A stretch of DNA of 64,000 nucleotides from Methanothermococcus sp. Ax23 (GCF_049075655.1 NZ_CP157522.1:1088001-1152000); one strand, 5' to 3'. Numbered from the stretch's first letter, positions 41,550-52,904 are shown. Numbers and translations are program-made. Notes: generated from the sequence alone by a model not told the origin.

Positions 41550-42311
41550 ATGAAATATATCTTAAAATTAACGGTTATATCATTGGTTGCTTCTATGGTT
41601 CTTTTGGCAGGATGTGTATCTCAAAATACAGATACTCAGGTGCCAAATAACCAAATACAAAATAATCAAGTTGATTATCATCAAAATCAAATGGGTATGG
41701 GAAAAGGAGGAATTGTAAATAATAATGGAGATGTAAATGTTAGCTTAATGTGTGAGAATATTGATGCACTCCCGCAACAGTCAATAAGTGAAGAAGAAAA
41801 GGAAGGATTAATTGAAATGAGGGAAGAAGAGAAATTAGCAAGAGATGTTTATTTAATATTATATGATAAGTGGAAATTACAGATATTCAAAAATATTGCC
41901 AATAGCGAACAAACCCACACTGATTCAGTAAAATATCTCTTAGAAAAATACAATATCTCAGACCCAGTTGAAAGTGAAGAAGTTGGAAAATTCTCAAATC
42001 CAAAATTTGAGGAATTATATAATAGTTTAGTTGAAAAAGGTAGTCAGTCAGCTGTTGATGCGTTGATAGTTGGGGCTACTATTGAGGATTTAGATATTGC
42101 CGATTTAGAAAATTGGATAAACAAAACCGATAACGAAGACATAAAATTGGTTTATGAAAATCTAATGAAAGGTTCAAGAAACCATATGAGAGCTTTTGTT
42201 GGGATGTTAAATAACTACGGGGCAAATTACACTCCACAATACATAAGCAATGAAGAATATGAGCAAATACTAAGCAGCTCAATGGAGAGAGGAGGAGGAC
42301 CTAACAGGTGA
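41550..42311 (+). CDS. DUF2202 ferritin-like lipoprotein
   Basis: LLAGC lipobox; MREEEKLARDVY, SEQTH, IEDLDIADL, GSRNHMRAF. Confidence 0.85.
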   Translation: MKYILKLTVISLVASMVLLAGCVSQNTDTQVPNNQIQNNQVDYHQNQMGMGKGGIVNNNGDVNVSLMCENIDALPQQSISEEEKEGLIEMREEEKLARDVYLILYDKWKLQIFKNIANSEQTHTDSVKYLLEKYNISDPVESEEVGKFSNPKFEELYNSLVEKGSQSAVDALIVGATIEDLDIADLENWINKTDNEDIKLVYENLMKGSRNHMRAFVGMLNNYGANYTPQYISNEEYEQILSSSMERGGGPNR

Positions 42312-42315
42312 GATT

Positions 42316-43260
42316 ATGAAAAAACTATTTTTTATTTTTTTTAATATATTTTTAATATCCTCTTTAAGCACAATTTACGCATGGGATGACTGTCCTTATG
42401 GTAAAACTGATTCATCATGCACATTTCCAGGAGAGTGTGGAAAATACATTGATACAAACAACAACGGGATATGTGACCACAGTGAGCCAGCACCTACTAT
42501 GAGCGGAGCTCCGTCAAACATACCACCAACAAGTGAAGGAACGATGTCGGAGGAACTTATTGATAAATATGTTCCAACGCCAAGTAGTGAGTTGAAAAAC
42601 TACACTATAAAACAGGTGTGCGAAGAATATAACCTAAGTCAGGATTGTTTAATTAATGCTTTAAAATCAAAAATAAATGAAATCAACGAAATGAGCAAGA
42701 GCTCTCCATCTGATGAGATACAGCTTACAGAAGAGATAGTTGATGAATATATAGACATATCAGGAAGTGAGTTAAAGAGCTATACCATAAAACAAATTTG
42801 CGAAATGTATGGTATAAATCCTGAGGATTTAAAGAGAAATTTAGGGGTATCGGTGGATGATGACACTACATTCGATACCATTAAAAAAACTTATGGAATA
42901 CCACCATCAAAATCCAAAGAGGCAATACTTAAATGTTTAATAGATGATGGAAAAGTAGTTTTAGACACTAAAACGGTTCAAGATTCTATTGATAAAAGTA
43001 ATCAATTAAAAGAAACATTAATTAATGAATTAAACGAAAACACCACTTTAAATGAAATTAAAGAAGTTTATGGGTTATCTCCAACTGACCTTAAAGAGGC
43101 AATACTTAACTGTATGATTGACGAAGGAATTGTAAGTATAGACAGCACAAATGTCTCCACCAATGGTGATAATTTAAATACTTCCGAATCCATAATTGAT
43201 AAAATAATAAAGTTCTTATTCACAGAACTGGATTTAAGAAATTTATTTAAAAGTAATTGA
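42316..43260 (+). CDS. Exported hypothetical protein with Cys-rich N-terminal motif and internal repeats
   Basis: Signal peptide; DDCPYG...CTFPGECGKYIDTNNNGICDHS; duplicated SELKxYTIKQxC and TT...IK..YG..P...KEAIL.C..D.G. Confidence 0.75.
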   Translation: MKKLFFIFFNIFLISSLSTIYAWDDCPYGKTDSSCTFPGECGKYIDTNNNGICDHSEPAPTMSGAPSNIPPTSEGTMSEELIDKYVPTPSSELKNYTIKQVCEEYNLSQDCLINALKSKINEINEMSKSSPSDEIQLTEEIVDEYIDISGSELKSYTIKQICEMYGINPEDLKRNLGVSVDDDTTFDTIKKTYGIPPSKSKEAILKCLIDDGKVVLDTKTVQDSIDKSNQLKETLINELNENTTLNEIKEVYGLSPTDLKEAILNCMIDEGIVSIDSTNVSTNGDNLNTSESIIDKIIKFLFTELDLRNLFKSN

Positions 43261-43281
43261 TTATTTTAGCTTTTTACTGAG

Positions 43282-43536
43282 GTGGAGATAATGCCTTATG
43301 GTGCTGGAATTAACCATATTGGAGGAAATACTATGCCAACTACAACAACAGGACATTTTTTTGGATATGAATGGGATATAGTAATTGTGCTTTTGGTAAT
43401 TATTATAATAATGTTAGCATATTTGATATTTAAAAAACCAAATAGCGATATAGAATTGGCAAAAATAGAAAAGGATACTGCGGAAATAAAAGAAACTGTT
43501 AAGGAGTTGAAGAAAAAATGGGAAGAGATTGAGTGA
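43282..43536 (+). CDS. Small single-TM protein with coiled-coil tail
   Basis: Hydrophobic segment followed by EIKETVKELKKKWEEIE; overlaps the next gene. Confidence 0.65.
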   Translation: MEIMPYGAGINHIGGNTMPTTTTGHFFGYEWDIVIVLLVIIIIMLAYLIFKKPNSDIELAKIEKDTAEIKETVKELKKKWEEIE

Positions 43537-43822
43537 TTTTATGAATTTGGAAAAAACTATTAAGATAGGAGATGCACTGTCTAACCCTGTAAGAATTAAA
43601 ATAATTCATCTTTTGAATAAAAAACCCATGAACATTTATGAATTGGCAAAAACACTAAATCTATCAAGACCGGTTATATACACCCATTTAAAAAAATTGG
43701 AAGAAGCTGATTTAGTGGAAAGTGATTTAATATTGGATGATGCAAGGGCTAAGAGAATATACAAATCAAAGGAATTTAAATTTTGCATAGACAATGATAA
43801 AATAGATGAATTTTTTGAGTGA
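43529..43822 (+). CDS. ArsR-family transcriptional regulator
   Basis: ALSNPVRIKII...ELAKTLNLSRPVIYTHLKKLEEADLV. Confidence 0.88.
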   Translation: MSDFMNLEKTIKIGDALSNPVRIKIIHLLNKKPMNIYELAKTLNLSRPVIYTHLKKLEEADLVESDLILDDARAKRIYKSKEFKFCIDNDKIDEFFE

Positions 43823-44540
43823 TATTATGGATAAACTACAAACTGTAAGAAAAATAGTCCAGTCGGCATTTTTTATAAAATTTGTAATCTTATCAGCCGT
43901 TCTTTCAAGCTTCTTCTGCCTGTGCATTTTTGGATATATTGAGCAATTCATATTGATGGGGAGTATTTATTTCGTTCCCGTTGTGGTTGTAATATCCTTG
44001 CTCACAATAATTTTTGGAAGAGTATTTTGCGGTTGGATGTGTCCATTGGGTTTTATTTTTGATTTAACATATAAGTTAAGAGTTAAGTTATCAGGGTTAA
44101 AAAAACTTCCAGAAGTTCCAAAAAACATCCACAATAAATTAAAATACTTAAAATATGTTATGTTGGTGTTATTCATTATATTAACATACCATTTTACAAC
44201 ATACGCCTATTGTTCAGTATGTCCTATCGGAGCTCTCACAAACTTATCTGGAACTCTAATTTCATTTGCCATTCTCGTCGGATTTATAGTATTGGGGTTC
44301 ATATATCCCATGGCATTTTGCAGATATTTCTGTCCAATAGGGGCATTACTTGGGCTACTTTCTATAAAACCCATATTTAAATTGAAATTAAATGATAAAT
44401 GTGTAAAATGTAGAATGTGCGAAAGAAAATGTCCAATGCAGATAGAGCTTACTGAAAAAATAGAACAGCATGAATGTATAAGATGCTTTGAATGTATAAG
44501 TTCATGTAGGAAAAAAGGAGTTGATTTTACCTTTAACTGA
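43806..44540 (+). CDS. Membrane 4Fe-4S protein (NapH/MauN-like)
   Basis: GRVFCGWMCPLG, CSVCPIG, FCRYFCPIG, two CxxCxxCxxxC; stop codon supplied by MITE end. Confidence 0.85.
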   Translation: MNFLSDIMDKLQTVRKIVQSAFFIKFVILSAVLSSFFCLCIFGYIEQFILMGSIYFVPVVVVISLLTIIFGRVFCGWMCPLGFIFDLTYKLRVKLSGLKKLPEVPKNIHNKLKYLKYVMLVLFIILTYHFTTYAYCSVCPIGALTNLSGTLISFAILVGFIVLGFIYPMAFCRYFCPIGALLGLLSIKPIFKLKLNDKCVKCRMCERKCPMQIELTEKIEQHECIRCFECISSCRKKGVDFTFN

Positions 44541-44908
44541 CCTACTCCAACGAGTGAACTCGTTGGGTTCTCGCTTACGGTAGTAAGCGAGCAACGAAAT
44601 CACGAAGTGATTTCGTCTAATTTTAGTAGGGTTTAACCCTACACGGGTGGCCAAGCCCACTACCCCTACCCATTAATGGGTTCAGGGCTACGCTATGCAC
44701 TTCCAACCACTACCAGCGGTAGAGTTTTCACTAACCCCACCCATAGATACTTGGACTGGTAGCGTTACTTACTACTAATCTTCATATATTTATATTTTAC
44801 TACTTACTAGCCGATATAATGTCCGCCTCTCATCCAATCTCGTAAGAGATTTTACAAAACTATGTTTTGTATAACGACTGAAGTCGTTGGCTTTCCCGGC
44901 GGTTTATC
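44537..44908 (-). mobile_element. Non-autonomous IS605-derived element (MITE/PATE) copy A, 372 bp
   Basis: Same TTTAC|GATAAACC left end and TCAG right end as the tnpB element; no ORF. Confidence 0.92.
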
Positions 44909-44989
44909 GTAAATCTTAATATTCATTATTTTACTTATTTTATTTTTTATTTATTAACCTTTGTATATCTTTTTCTTGTTATATTTTTA

Positions 44990-45646
44990 TCATGTTTCAG
45001 TAAATAGTTTTCTAACCTCATCCACAGCATCCTTTTTTGCCAGAATAAGTATTCTATCGTCTGGTTTTAATTCTGTTTCGCCATCAGGTATTTTTAATTC
45101 ATTCTCCTCATATACTGCAATTATTAAATATTCCTTATTTTTGCCGAGCTCCTTTATGTGTTTATTGGCTACCTGCGAGTTTGAGTCTATGATTAATTCG
45201 AGAATTTCCGCATCACCGCCACCTACGATTGCTAAATCTACAATCCCAGGTCTGTTTATGAGTTTTTCAATATAATTTGCAGCCACGAGCTCGGGGCTGA
45301 TAACAACATCTACATTTAATTTTTCAAATACTTCCTTATATTCTGGTTCGCTAACCCTTGCAATTGTTTTTGGTATTTGGTAATTCTTAGCAAGCAAAGA
45401 GCTTATTAAATTTATCTCCTGATGACCAGTTACTGCGATAAACATATCGGCATCATCAATACCTGCATTTTCAAGGGTTTTGATGCTGGTGCAATCTCCA
45501 TTTATCACCAAGGCATCAATTTCACTTGCAACATCTTCACAAACTTTTTTATCCATATCAATAAGCACTAAATCGTGATTTTTTCCTGAAAGGGATTTTG
45601 CCAGTGCAAATCCCACTCTACCCATTCCAGCTATTATTATATACAT
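44990..45646 (-). CDS. trkA: TrkA-family potassium uptake regulatory protein
   Basis: IAGMGRVG Rossmann motif; TrkA-N + TrkA-C. Confidence 0.9.
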   Translation of the reverse strand: MYIIIAGMGRVGFALAKSLSGKNHDLVLIDMDKKVCEDVASEIDALVINGDCTSIKTLENAGIDDADMFIAVTGHQEINLISSLLAKNYQIPKTIARVSEPEYKEVFEKLNVDVVISPELVAANYIEKLINRPGIVDLAIVGGGDAEILELIIDSNSQVANKHIKELGKNKEYLIIAVYEENELKIPDGETELKPDDRILILAKKDAVDEVRKLFTET

Positions 45647-45654
45647 TTTATCTC

Positions 45655-46251
45655 CTACAATAACAGTATTTTTTCATAATATTCATTATATGCTCCATGA
45701 AAATGGGGAAGTGCGTTAAGCAATTCTGCTTCGAGCTCTTGAATAATTAAATGTTCCTCATAGGATATAATGTTAATAAGATTTCTCTTCCACGCCTCTT
45801 CACATTTTAAACTACATGGAATAAATCCAGACGGCATTATTATGGCAACCTTCTCCTTTACATCTTTATTATTTTCTAATATGTCTTTTTTTATTCCATC
45901 CTTTATTTCTTCTGCTTCCTTTAAGTGTTCGGCATCTATTCCAAATCTCGCAGATTTAAATGATTCCACACAGCATTTTGGATATCCCATTAATATCCCA
46001 TATTCCTCTGGAAAATCTAAACCTGAATATACTCCGAGCTCAGATGAAACCATAGGGTCTATTGCAGGTCTAACCTTTGGATTGTATTTTTTAACAATTT
46101 CTATTTGTTTTGTAAGTCGATATATTATATAGTTATATTTTTCATCATCCATATTTTGAATACGGGAAGCTATAAAATTTAAATCTGATTTTCCTTCTCT
46201 TGCAGATGTTATTTTTTTAAGAATTTCTTTCATTGACTCAACAGCATTCAT
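45655..46251 (-). CDS. DUF483-like conserved archaeal protein
   Basis: VRPAIDP, GILMGYPKCCVESF, FIPCSLKC. Confidence 0.72.
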   Translation of the reverse strand: MNAVESMKEILKKITSAREGKSDLNFIASRIQNMDDEKYNYIIYRLTKQIEIVKKYNPKVRPAIDPMVSSELGVYSGLDFPEEYGILMGYPKCCVESFKSARFGIDAEHLKEAEEIKDGIKKDILENNKDVKEKVAIIMPSGFIPCSLKCEEAWKRNLINIISYEEHLIIQELEAELLNALPHFHGAYNEYYEKILLL

Positions 46252-46568
46252 ACTATCACATTTTATATTATTTAGGATAATAATATAATATTTTATTTTA
46301 AAATGGTGGTATTATGGAAGTGTATTATTCGATAATAGATAATTATGATTCATTAGATAATAATGTAGAGATACTAAATAAAACCTTCGAATCCATTAAT
46401 TTAAATGAATTTGATAAAATACTTATAAAGCCAAATGTTTTAGGACCTTATCCACCAAATAGATGTGCAACAACTCATCCAAAATTTTTAGAGTGGATTT
46501 TGAAATATTTGATTGATACTAAGAACATAGACGCCAATAAAATCATTGTAGGGGACTCATCGGGATAT

Positions 46569-46626
46569 CGAAGCGAATTCTATTGAATTCGCTGACTTAC
46601 GAAAACTCTTCGAGTTTTCGTCAAGT
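46569..46626 (-). repeat. 58-nt double-hairpin cassette (frameshifting)
   Basis: Sister of 33796-33852; removal gives GDSSGY-STKKSF. Confidence 0.85.
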
Positions 46627-47160
46627 TCTACAAAAAAATCCTTTGAAGTATCTGAGCTCAGAAAAGCATGTGAAAAATACAATGTAAAGCATCTTTCATT
46701 TGAAAACGATGAAGTTATAAAAACAAAAATACTAAATAGTGAAATAACACTTCCAAAAACCGTTGTAGATAGTGATTTGATAATAAATCTCCCAAAATTA
46801 AAAACCCACATACTTATGAAATACACTGGGGCAGTTAAAAACCTATATGGATGTATTCCCGGTGGATTGAAGCCAAAACTTCATGGTGTCTATCCAAAGG
46901 AAAATGATTTTGCAAAGTTATTGGTAGAGCTCCACAACACCATAATAAAAGATAAAGAAACAATTACCATAATGGATGGAATCTATGGGATGGAAGGAAA
47001 TGGACCAAGCAATGGAAAACCTATAAATTCAAAAATAGTAATTGCCTCAAAAAGTTCTGTTGCTGTTGATTTATTTGCATCCTATTACATAGGATACAAT
47101 CCCAACGATATTTTAACATATAGGTTTTTAGATGATGGTGTTGAGTATGAACTCATACAT

Positions 47161-47536
47161 CTGACCTACTCCAACGAGTGAACTCGTTGGGTTCTCGCTT
47201 ACGGTAGTAAGCGAGCAACGAAATCACGAAGTGATTTCGTCTAATTTTAGTAGGGTTTAACCCTACACGGGTGGCCAAGCCCACTACCCCTATCTCCGTT
47301 TAGGAGATTCAGGGCTACCTTTTGAATTTCCAAACACTACCAGCGGTAGAGTTTTCGATAACCCTACCCATAGATACTTGGACTGGTAGCGTTACTTACT
47401 ACTAATCTTCACATATTTATATTTTACTACTTACTAGCCGATATAATGTCCCGCCTCTCATCCAATCTCATAAGAGATTTTACAAAACTATGTTTTGTAT
47501 AACGATTAAAATCGTTGGCTTTCTCGGCGGTTTATC
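47161..47536 (-). mobile_element. IS605-derived MITE copy B, 376 bp
   Basis: Nearly identical to copy C (one difference seen); empty site restores ELIH-VNNNK in frame. Confidence 0.93.
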
Positions 47537-47570
47537 GTAAATAACAATAAAACCGAAAAAATCTCAAAAT

Positions 47571-47599
47571 TACGATTTCCTTCGCTTCGCTCGGAAATG
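47571..47599 (-). repeat. GAGCGAAGCGA-loop hairpin (REP-like)
   Basis: Minus strand atttcc-gagcgaagcgaa-ggaaat; related to the cofG insert. Confidence 0.5.
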
Positions 47600-47890
47600 G
47601 ATTTAAACAATATCAATAGGATGAAATTTAAAAAGCCAGATACATTTTATTTAATCTCCATATTTCCTCCAAAGATTGTAAAGCTGATATTTTCAATCAT
47701 GGTTCAGAAACCGAAAATAAATAAGAGAAAATGTAGGAAATGTAAAATCTGTGAGTATGTGTGCCCAGTCAATGCTATATCAATAGATAATTTGAAAATA
47801 GATTCAAAAAAATGTATAAATTGCTATTGCTGTCATGAAATGTGCGGATTTGATGCCATCGATTTAAGAAGTAGGTTTTGGGTGAATTAG

Positions 47891-48802
47891 TTATTGATTA
47901 TTTTTGCTCCTTTCAGAATCTTTAATTAACACTATCGGAGTATGTTCCAACTCACTTAATACATCCTCTGTAATTTCAAATGTATTGTATTTTTTCATAA
48001 TATCATGGATTGATTTTGTAAAAGGCACCTGTGATGTATCTGCAAGATTTGCAATGTATAGGAGCTCATCCATGGTATATTTTTTATAGATTTCATTGCC
48101 TACAACAGTCAATGGGGTGGCCCCACATAATCCACCCACATTTAACAACCCCCCCAATTTACCAATTATGTATCCCAGAGCTCCGACTTTTGATATTATA
48201 CCATCCATTGCATAAGGTAATGCTGTTATATACCACTTAAAAAATTTATATGTTGCATCGGTGTCTATAATCATAACCGCAACATCCAAATTTAATTCAT
48301 CTTTAATGGCATTGTATAGTCTCTCCGCAGATTTTTTTGGATTTTTTGGAAGAAGTGCAGCATAGGTTCCCGGAACATTTGTTAAATCTACGCCCCCTTC
48401 CGAAGCAGGTTTTAACGCGTAAATAAGACCAACATTATCAATTACAACCTGTTTGTGCTTCAAAGTTTCTTTTTTTGGCATTTTTCTAAGATTTTTTACC
48501 CTATCCTTTCGTGTTTTTAGTATTGGCCCTAATACATAGCCCCACAGGTATTTTGACCAGTAATAGCAAAAATATGCCCAAAATTTAGGTTTGGCATTTT
48601 TTTCATCTACAAAATTATTTTCACTTGTTGCAACGAATTTTTCACTTAATATGATAAAATCGCCGTTTTCTATTTTTAATCCCTTTTTCATTTCTCTTTT
48701 TAGTGAATTTATCACTTCTGGAACAAAATCTTCGTTTCTTCGAATATATTTGGTTTTTATAGGTATTGCTTTTATGTGTTTAGTATATGCCCTATCTTTC
48801 AT
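47891..48802 (-). CDS. CofE-like gamma-glutamyl ligase family protein
   Basis: ILSEKFVA, EGGVDLTNVPG, LPKNP, MIIDTD, TPIVLIK. Confidence 0.75.
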   Translation of the reverse strand: MKDRAYTKHIKAIPIKTKYIRRNEDFVPEVINSLKREMKKGLKIENGDFIILSEKFVATSENNFVDEKNAKPKFWAYFCYYWSKYLWGYVLGPILKTRKDRVKNLRKMPKKETLKHKQVVIDNVGLIYALKPASEGGVDLTNVPGTYAALLPKNPKKSAERLYNAIKDELNLDVAVMIIDTDATYKFFKWYITALPYAMDGIISKVGALGYIIGKLGGLLNVGGLCGATPLTVVGNEIYKKYTMDELLYIANLADTSQVPFTKSIHDIMKKYNTFEITEDVLSELEHTPIVLIKDSERSKNNQ

Positions 48803-48948
48803 AGTCTCACAATTTAATAAATGTATAAATATCGAATAGTTTTGATTATATAAATAAATATATAACATAAGTGATAAAATAAGAATATATAATAAAAAAA
48901 TAATATAATTATAAGCAATATATATAATAAAAAATAAAATGTGATTTT

Positions 48949-49386
48949 ATGGACATGAGTTTGGGGTATCTGCTAATATTGGTGGGTTTGGCGTTAATAC
49001 TTTTTGAAGTAATTACGCCCGGGCTTTATTTTCCAGCAATAGGTATAGCATTGTTGATATATGGCATATTCTTGATATTTCTGCCCTCATTGGCATTGCC
49101 TGTTGCCATATTGTCTGGATTAATTACCGTTTATATTATGTATCGTCTGGTGTATAATGTGGGCAGTGATATAAAAATAGGGGCAGAGCGATTCGTAGGA
49201 AGGGAGCTGATTTTACCTAATGATTTGGATGAACAGAGATATGGGCTGATAACCATAGACAATGAAAAATGGCACATCAAGGCAAAAGAACCTCTGAAAA
49301 AAGGGGATAAAATAAAAATAGTAGGTATTGAAGGGGTAAGTTTAGTTGTCGAGAAAATAAATAATACTGAAATAAATACTGAATAA
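48949..49386 (+). CDS. NfeD-family membrane protein
   Basis: TM helices plus C-terminal OB fold ([12 protein letters not shown]); adjacent to SPFH gene. Confidence 0.88.
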   Translation: MDMSLGYLLILVGLALILFEVITPGLYFPAIGIALLIYGIFLIFLPSLALPVAILSGLITVYIMYRLVYNVGSDIKIGAERFVGRELILPNDLDEQRYGLITIDNEKWHIKAKEPLKKGDKIKIVGIEGVSLVVEKINNTEINTE

Positions 49387-49423
49387 AAAAACAAAAAATA
49401 TTAAAAATATACGGAGGGGTATA

Positions 49424-50227
49424 ATGAATTGGTTTTGGTTAATAGTAGGTTTAATGGTGCTCTATATAATAATAAAATCCGTGGTAATTGTAAATCAGTA
49501 TGAATTAGGTATAATATTTCGATTGGGTAAAGTATCTAGGGTATTAAAACCCGGAGTAAATATACTAATACCACTTATAGAAGAACCTGTAAGGGTGGAT
49601 GTAAGGACAAAAGTTATAGATATTCCGCCTCAGGAGATGATTACACGAGATAACGCCGCAGTTTCAATAGATGCGGTTATTTATTATAGAGTTGTAGATG
49701 TAAAAAGAGCTCTGTTGGAGGTGCAAAACTATGAGTATGCCATAGTAAATCTTGCTCAAACGACATTAAGGGCTATGATAGGTAGCATGGAGCTCGACGA
49801 AGTTCTAAACAAAAGGGAATTTATAAACTCAAAACTCTTGGAAACTCTTGATAAAGATACCGACGCATGGGGTGTGAAGGTTGAAAAGGTAGAGCTCAGG
49901 GAGATAGAGCCACCACAAGATATAAAGGATGCCATGACTCAGCAGATGAAGGCAGAGAGATTAAAGAGAGCCGCAATATTGGAGGCAGAAGGGGAGAAAC
50001 AAAGTAAGATATTGAAGGCAGAGGGTATAGCTGAGAGTTTGAGAATTGAAGCTGAGGGACAGGCAAAGGCAATAAAAATTGTTGCAGAAGCCGCACAGCA
50101 ATACTTTAAGGATGAAGCACAGCTTTATAAGGCACTTGATGTAACTAGCACGGTGTTGAAGGAAAACACGAAATATATAATCTCTGAAAATATAATGGAT
50201 GTTGCAAAGAAGCTTATTAAAAAATAA
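49424..50227 (+). CDS. SPFH/band 7 (stomatin-like) protein
   Basis: [30 protein letters not shown]. Confidence 0.93.
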   Translation: MNWFWLIVGLMVLYIIIKSVVIVNQYELGIIFRLGKVSRVLKPGVNILIPLIEEPVRVDVRTKVIDIPPQEMITRDNAAVSIDAVIYYRVVDVKRALLEVQNYEYAIVNLAQTTLRAMIGSMELDEVLNKREFINSKLLETLDKDTDAWGVKVEKVELREIEPPQDIKDAMTQQMKAERLKRAAILEAEGEKQSKILKAEGIAESLRIEAEGQAKAIKIVAEAAQQYFKDEAQLYKALDVTSTVLKENTKYIISENIMDVAKKLIKK

Positions 50228-50457
50228 GTTTTTAAGCTTTTTTATTTTTTTATTTTTAGTTTAATTTTTATTTTTATTATCTTATTATCTTTTATATTTA
50301 TCACCTACTTTAATTACATTATTGCATTCATATATATTTATTTTAGACAAAAACTATATATACTACCTGCACCATATTATAAAACATAATAGTGCAATAT
50401 TATGCCATAATCATAAACATTATATATTAAGTTAATCAATATTATTCATAAAATTAC

Positions 50458-51495
50458 ATGGGTGGTAGATTGGTAATCTGTCAAAAAGAATTTACAAATC
50501 TTTATTGGAGACATAATTATCCACAATATTGGAATAGGATTATAGAGAAAAATCATTTGAAGCCGGTAAATCAGCATGAATTCACAAATTTGCAAAGTTA
50601 TAGGTTTATCGGTATGATGGGGGATGAGATATACAACGACATTACAACGGGACCATGTCTATTAACTCCGAAGGAGATAAGGAGCTTAAATAAGGATACT
50701 ACTATTGAGGAAGTTCAAAAAATGCTTATGAGGCACCCTACATTTGAGGATTACGTTTCCATTGCTGTGGAGACAAAAGAGGAATATTCCACAAACATAA
50801 TTATAGAAACATACGAATATGCAAAACTTATAGAGTATAAAACAGAAATCTCATTTGAAGAAGCTCTTAAACTAACAAAAAAAGCTGGGGAGAACTTTAA
50901 AAAATACTACGATAAAAAATTAAAAAATAAAAATAAAGCTGGGAAATTGAAATACTTCCCAACACATAAGTCATCATTTGACAGTAGGTTGAGGGAGCTC
51001 TGCAATGAACATTATCAATTTTACTTAAACAACTCAAACATGTCTAAAAAAGGTAGGGAGATTATAGAAACCAATCCTGAGGAAAGCACATGGTTAAGAA
51101 TAAAAGTCTCATTCCTTCCAGAAGCCATCAATAAGGACAAAACAACAATAATTGAACCGGCTTCAAGTATTGAAGGAATGAAGTATGCGAATATGATTTC
51201 AGGGAGCTCCGCAGTAATTACAAGAAGCCCACCGACTCTCACGAATAAGCCAGTAATGAATGAAGGCTATGATTATGAGGTATTCTATTTAAACAACCCT
51301 ATTGATGAAGAGATTAAAAAGTTCAGATTAAACGATGGTAAATCCCCATACGGATGCACATCATATAATTTACATGCCTTCCTATGTAATGATGATGAAA
51401 TAAATATTGAGGAATTTGAAAATCATATAAAAGGGGATTGTAAAAAATGCATGGAATATTTAAAGGATAACATCAATAAATATATACTGAAATAA
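50458..51495 (+). CDS. Hypothetical protein
   Basis: 345 aa ORF; C-terminal H-x4-CxxC; no family recognised; start uncertain. Confidence 0.7.
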   Translation: MGGRLVICQKEFTNLYWRHNYPQYWNRIIEKNHLKPVNQHEFTNLQSYRFIGMMGDEIYNDITTGPCLLTPKEIRSLNKDTTIEEVQKMLMRHPTFEDYVSIAVETKEEYSTNIIIETYEYAKLIEYKTEISFEEALKLTKKAGENFKKYYDKKLKNKNKAGKLKYFPTHKSSFDSRLRELCNEHYQFYLNNSNMSKKGREIIETNPEESTWLRIKVSFLPEAINKDKTTIIEPASSIEGMKYANMISGSSAVITRSPPTLTNKPVMNEGYDYEVFYLNNPIDEEIKKFRLNDGKSPYGCTSYNLHAFLCNDDEINIEEFENHIKGDCKKCMEYLKDNINKYILK

Positions 51496-51509
51496 AAACA
51501 GGTGATATT

Positions 51510-52424
51510 ATGGATGAAGTATATGATTTAATAATAATTGGTGGAGGTCCTGCGGGATTAACAGCGGGAATATATGCAATGAGGGCAAAATTAAACACTC
51601 TTTGTATAGAGAAAGAGAATGAAGGGGGAAAAATAGCAGAAGCAGGAATTGTGGAAAACTATCCTGGATTTGACAATATAAGAGGTTTTGAGTTAGCTCA
51701 AAAATTCGTAGAACATGCAAAGAAATTTAATTTAAATATTACTCATGATACAATTAAAAAAATCGACACATCAGATAGACCCTTCAAGGTAATTGGGGAA
51801 AATAACACATATACTGCAAAAGCCATAATAATAGCAACGGGAACAAAGGATAAAAAATTGGGATTAAATGAAGATGATTTCGTTGGAAGGGGGGTGAGCT
51901 ACTGCACAACCTGTGATGCATTCTTCTACTTGAACAAGGAGGTAATAGTTGTTGGAAGGGGAACTCCTGCGGTTATGTCTGCATTGAATTTAAAGGACAT
52001 TGTGAAAAAGGTAACTGTGATTACAGATAAGGAGGAGCTCAGGGCTGCTGAAAGTATTATGATGGAAAGATTAAACAGTGCTGAAAACATAGAAGTAATT
52101 ACCAATGCAAAACCTTTAAAAATACTGGGTAGTGATAAAGCAGAGGGTGTTTTGGTATCAATCGACGGAGAAGAAAAGGAAATAAAAGCAGACGGTATTT
52201 TTATAAGCATGGGGCATATACCAAACTCTGAATTCTTAGAAGGTAGCGGCATAGAATTAAATAAAAGTGGGTTTGTGGTAGTGGATAAATCATGCAAGAC
52301 AAATATTGATGGTATATTTGCCTGCGGAGATATTGCAGGAGGGGTTTTACAGGTATCCAAAGCAGTTGGTGAAGGTGCAGTTGCACTTGCCAGTGCTTCA
52401 AAGTATCTAAACAGTTTAAAATAA
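51510..52424 (+). CDS. trxR: Thioredoxin reductase, probably the F420-dependent Methanococcales type
   Basis: GGGPAG, CTTCD active site; GRGTPA replaces the NADPH-binding GGGxxA motif. Confidence 0.88.
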   Translation: MDEVYDLIIIGGGPAGLTAGIYAMRAKLNTLCIEKENEGGKIAEAGIVENYPGFDNIRGFELAQKFVEHAKKFNLNITHDTIKKIDTSDRPFKVIGENNTYTAKAIIIATGTKDKKLGLNEDDFVGRGVSYCTTCDAFFYLNKEVIVVGRGTPAVMSALNLKDIVKKVTVITDKEELRAAESIMMERLNSAENIEVITNAKPLKILGSDKAEGVLVSIDGEEKEIKADGIFISMGHIPNSEFLEGSGIELNKSGFVVVDKSCKTNIDGIFACGDIAGGVLQVSKAVGEGAVALASASKYLNSLK

Positions 52425-52445
52425 TAATATGGAAACGGCGATAGC

Positions 52446-52838
52446 ATGGATAATTATTCTAAATTATTAATATTAATCCCTCTATTTTTTATAGTATTGA
52501 TTATGGGATGCATAAGTGCTAAACCTGCTATCTCCACTAATGATGGTATCTCATCAAATGCAGGTTTAAATAATGAAAATAAAACGGTCGTTCTTGAATT
52601 TTATGCCGACTGGTGCGGATACTGTAAGGCTCTTGAACCTACAATAAACAGTCTTGAAAAAGAAGGTATTGAGGTTATAAAAATAGATACCGATGCAAAT
52701 CCAGATTTGGCTAACCAGTATGGTGTAAGGGCATTACCTACAATTATATATGTTAAAGATGGAAAAGTTGTTGATAAAACCATAGGATATAATCCAGAAG
52801 AAATAAAAGAAAAGGCTAAGAATTTGTATAATCAATGA
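52446..52838 (+). CDS. Membrane-anchored (lipoprotein-like) thioredoxin
   Basis: IMGC lipobox-like signal; WCGYC active site; ALPT cis-Pro loop. Confidence 0.88.
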   Translation: MDNYSKLLILIPLFFIVLIMGCISAKPAISTNDGISSNAGLNNENKTVVLEFYADWCGYCKALEPTINSLEKEGIEVIKIDTDANPDLANQYGVRALPTIIYVKDGKVVDKTIGYNPEEIKEKAKNLYNQ

Positions 52839-52904
52839 CTGTTTTTAATCGTTGCTCTCTTTTTATTTTTATAAAACCTTTTTTGCATTATTAAAGGTGG
52901 AAGT

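Larger units (their letters stand above)
46314..47890 (+). pseudogene. DUF362 + 4Fe-4S protein, disrupted by a 58-nt cassette and a MITE
   Basis: LIKPN, TTHP, GDSSG, INLPKLKTH, GAVKN, GMEGNGP, C-terminal 2x4Fe-4S; removing 46569-46626 and 47161-47536 restores one reading frame. Confidence 0.88.
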
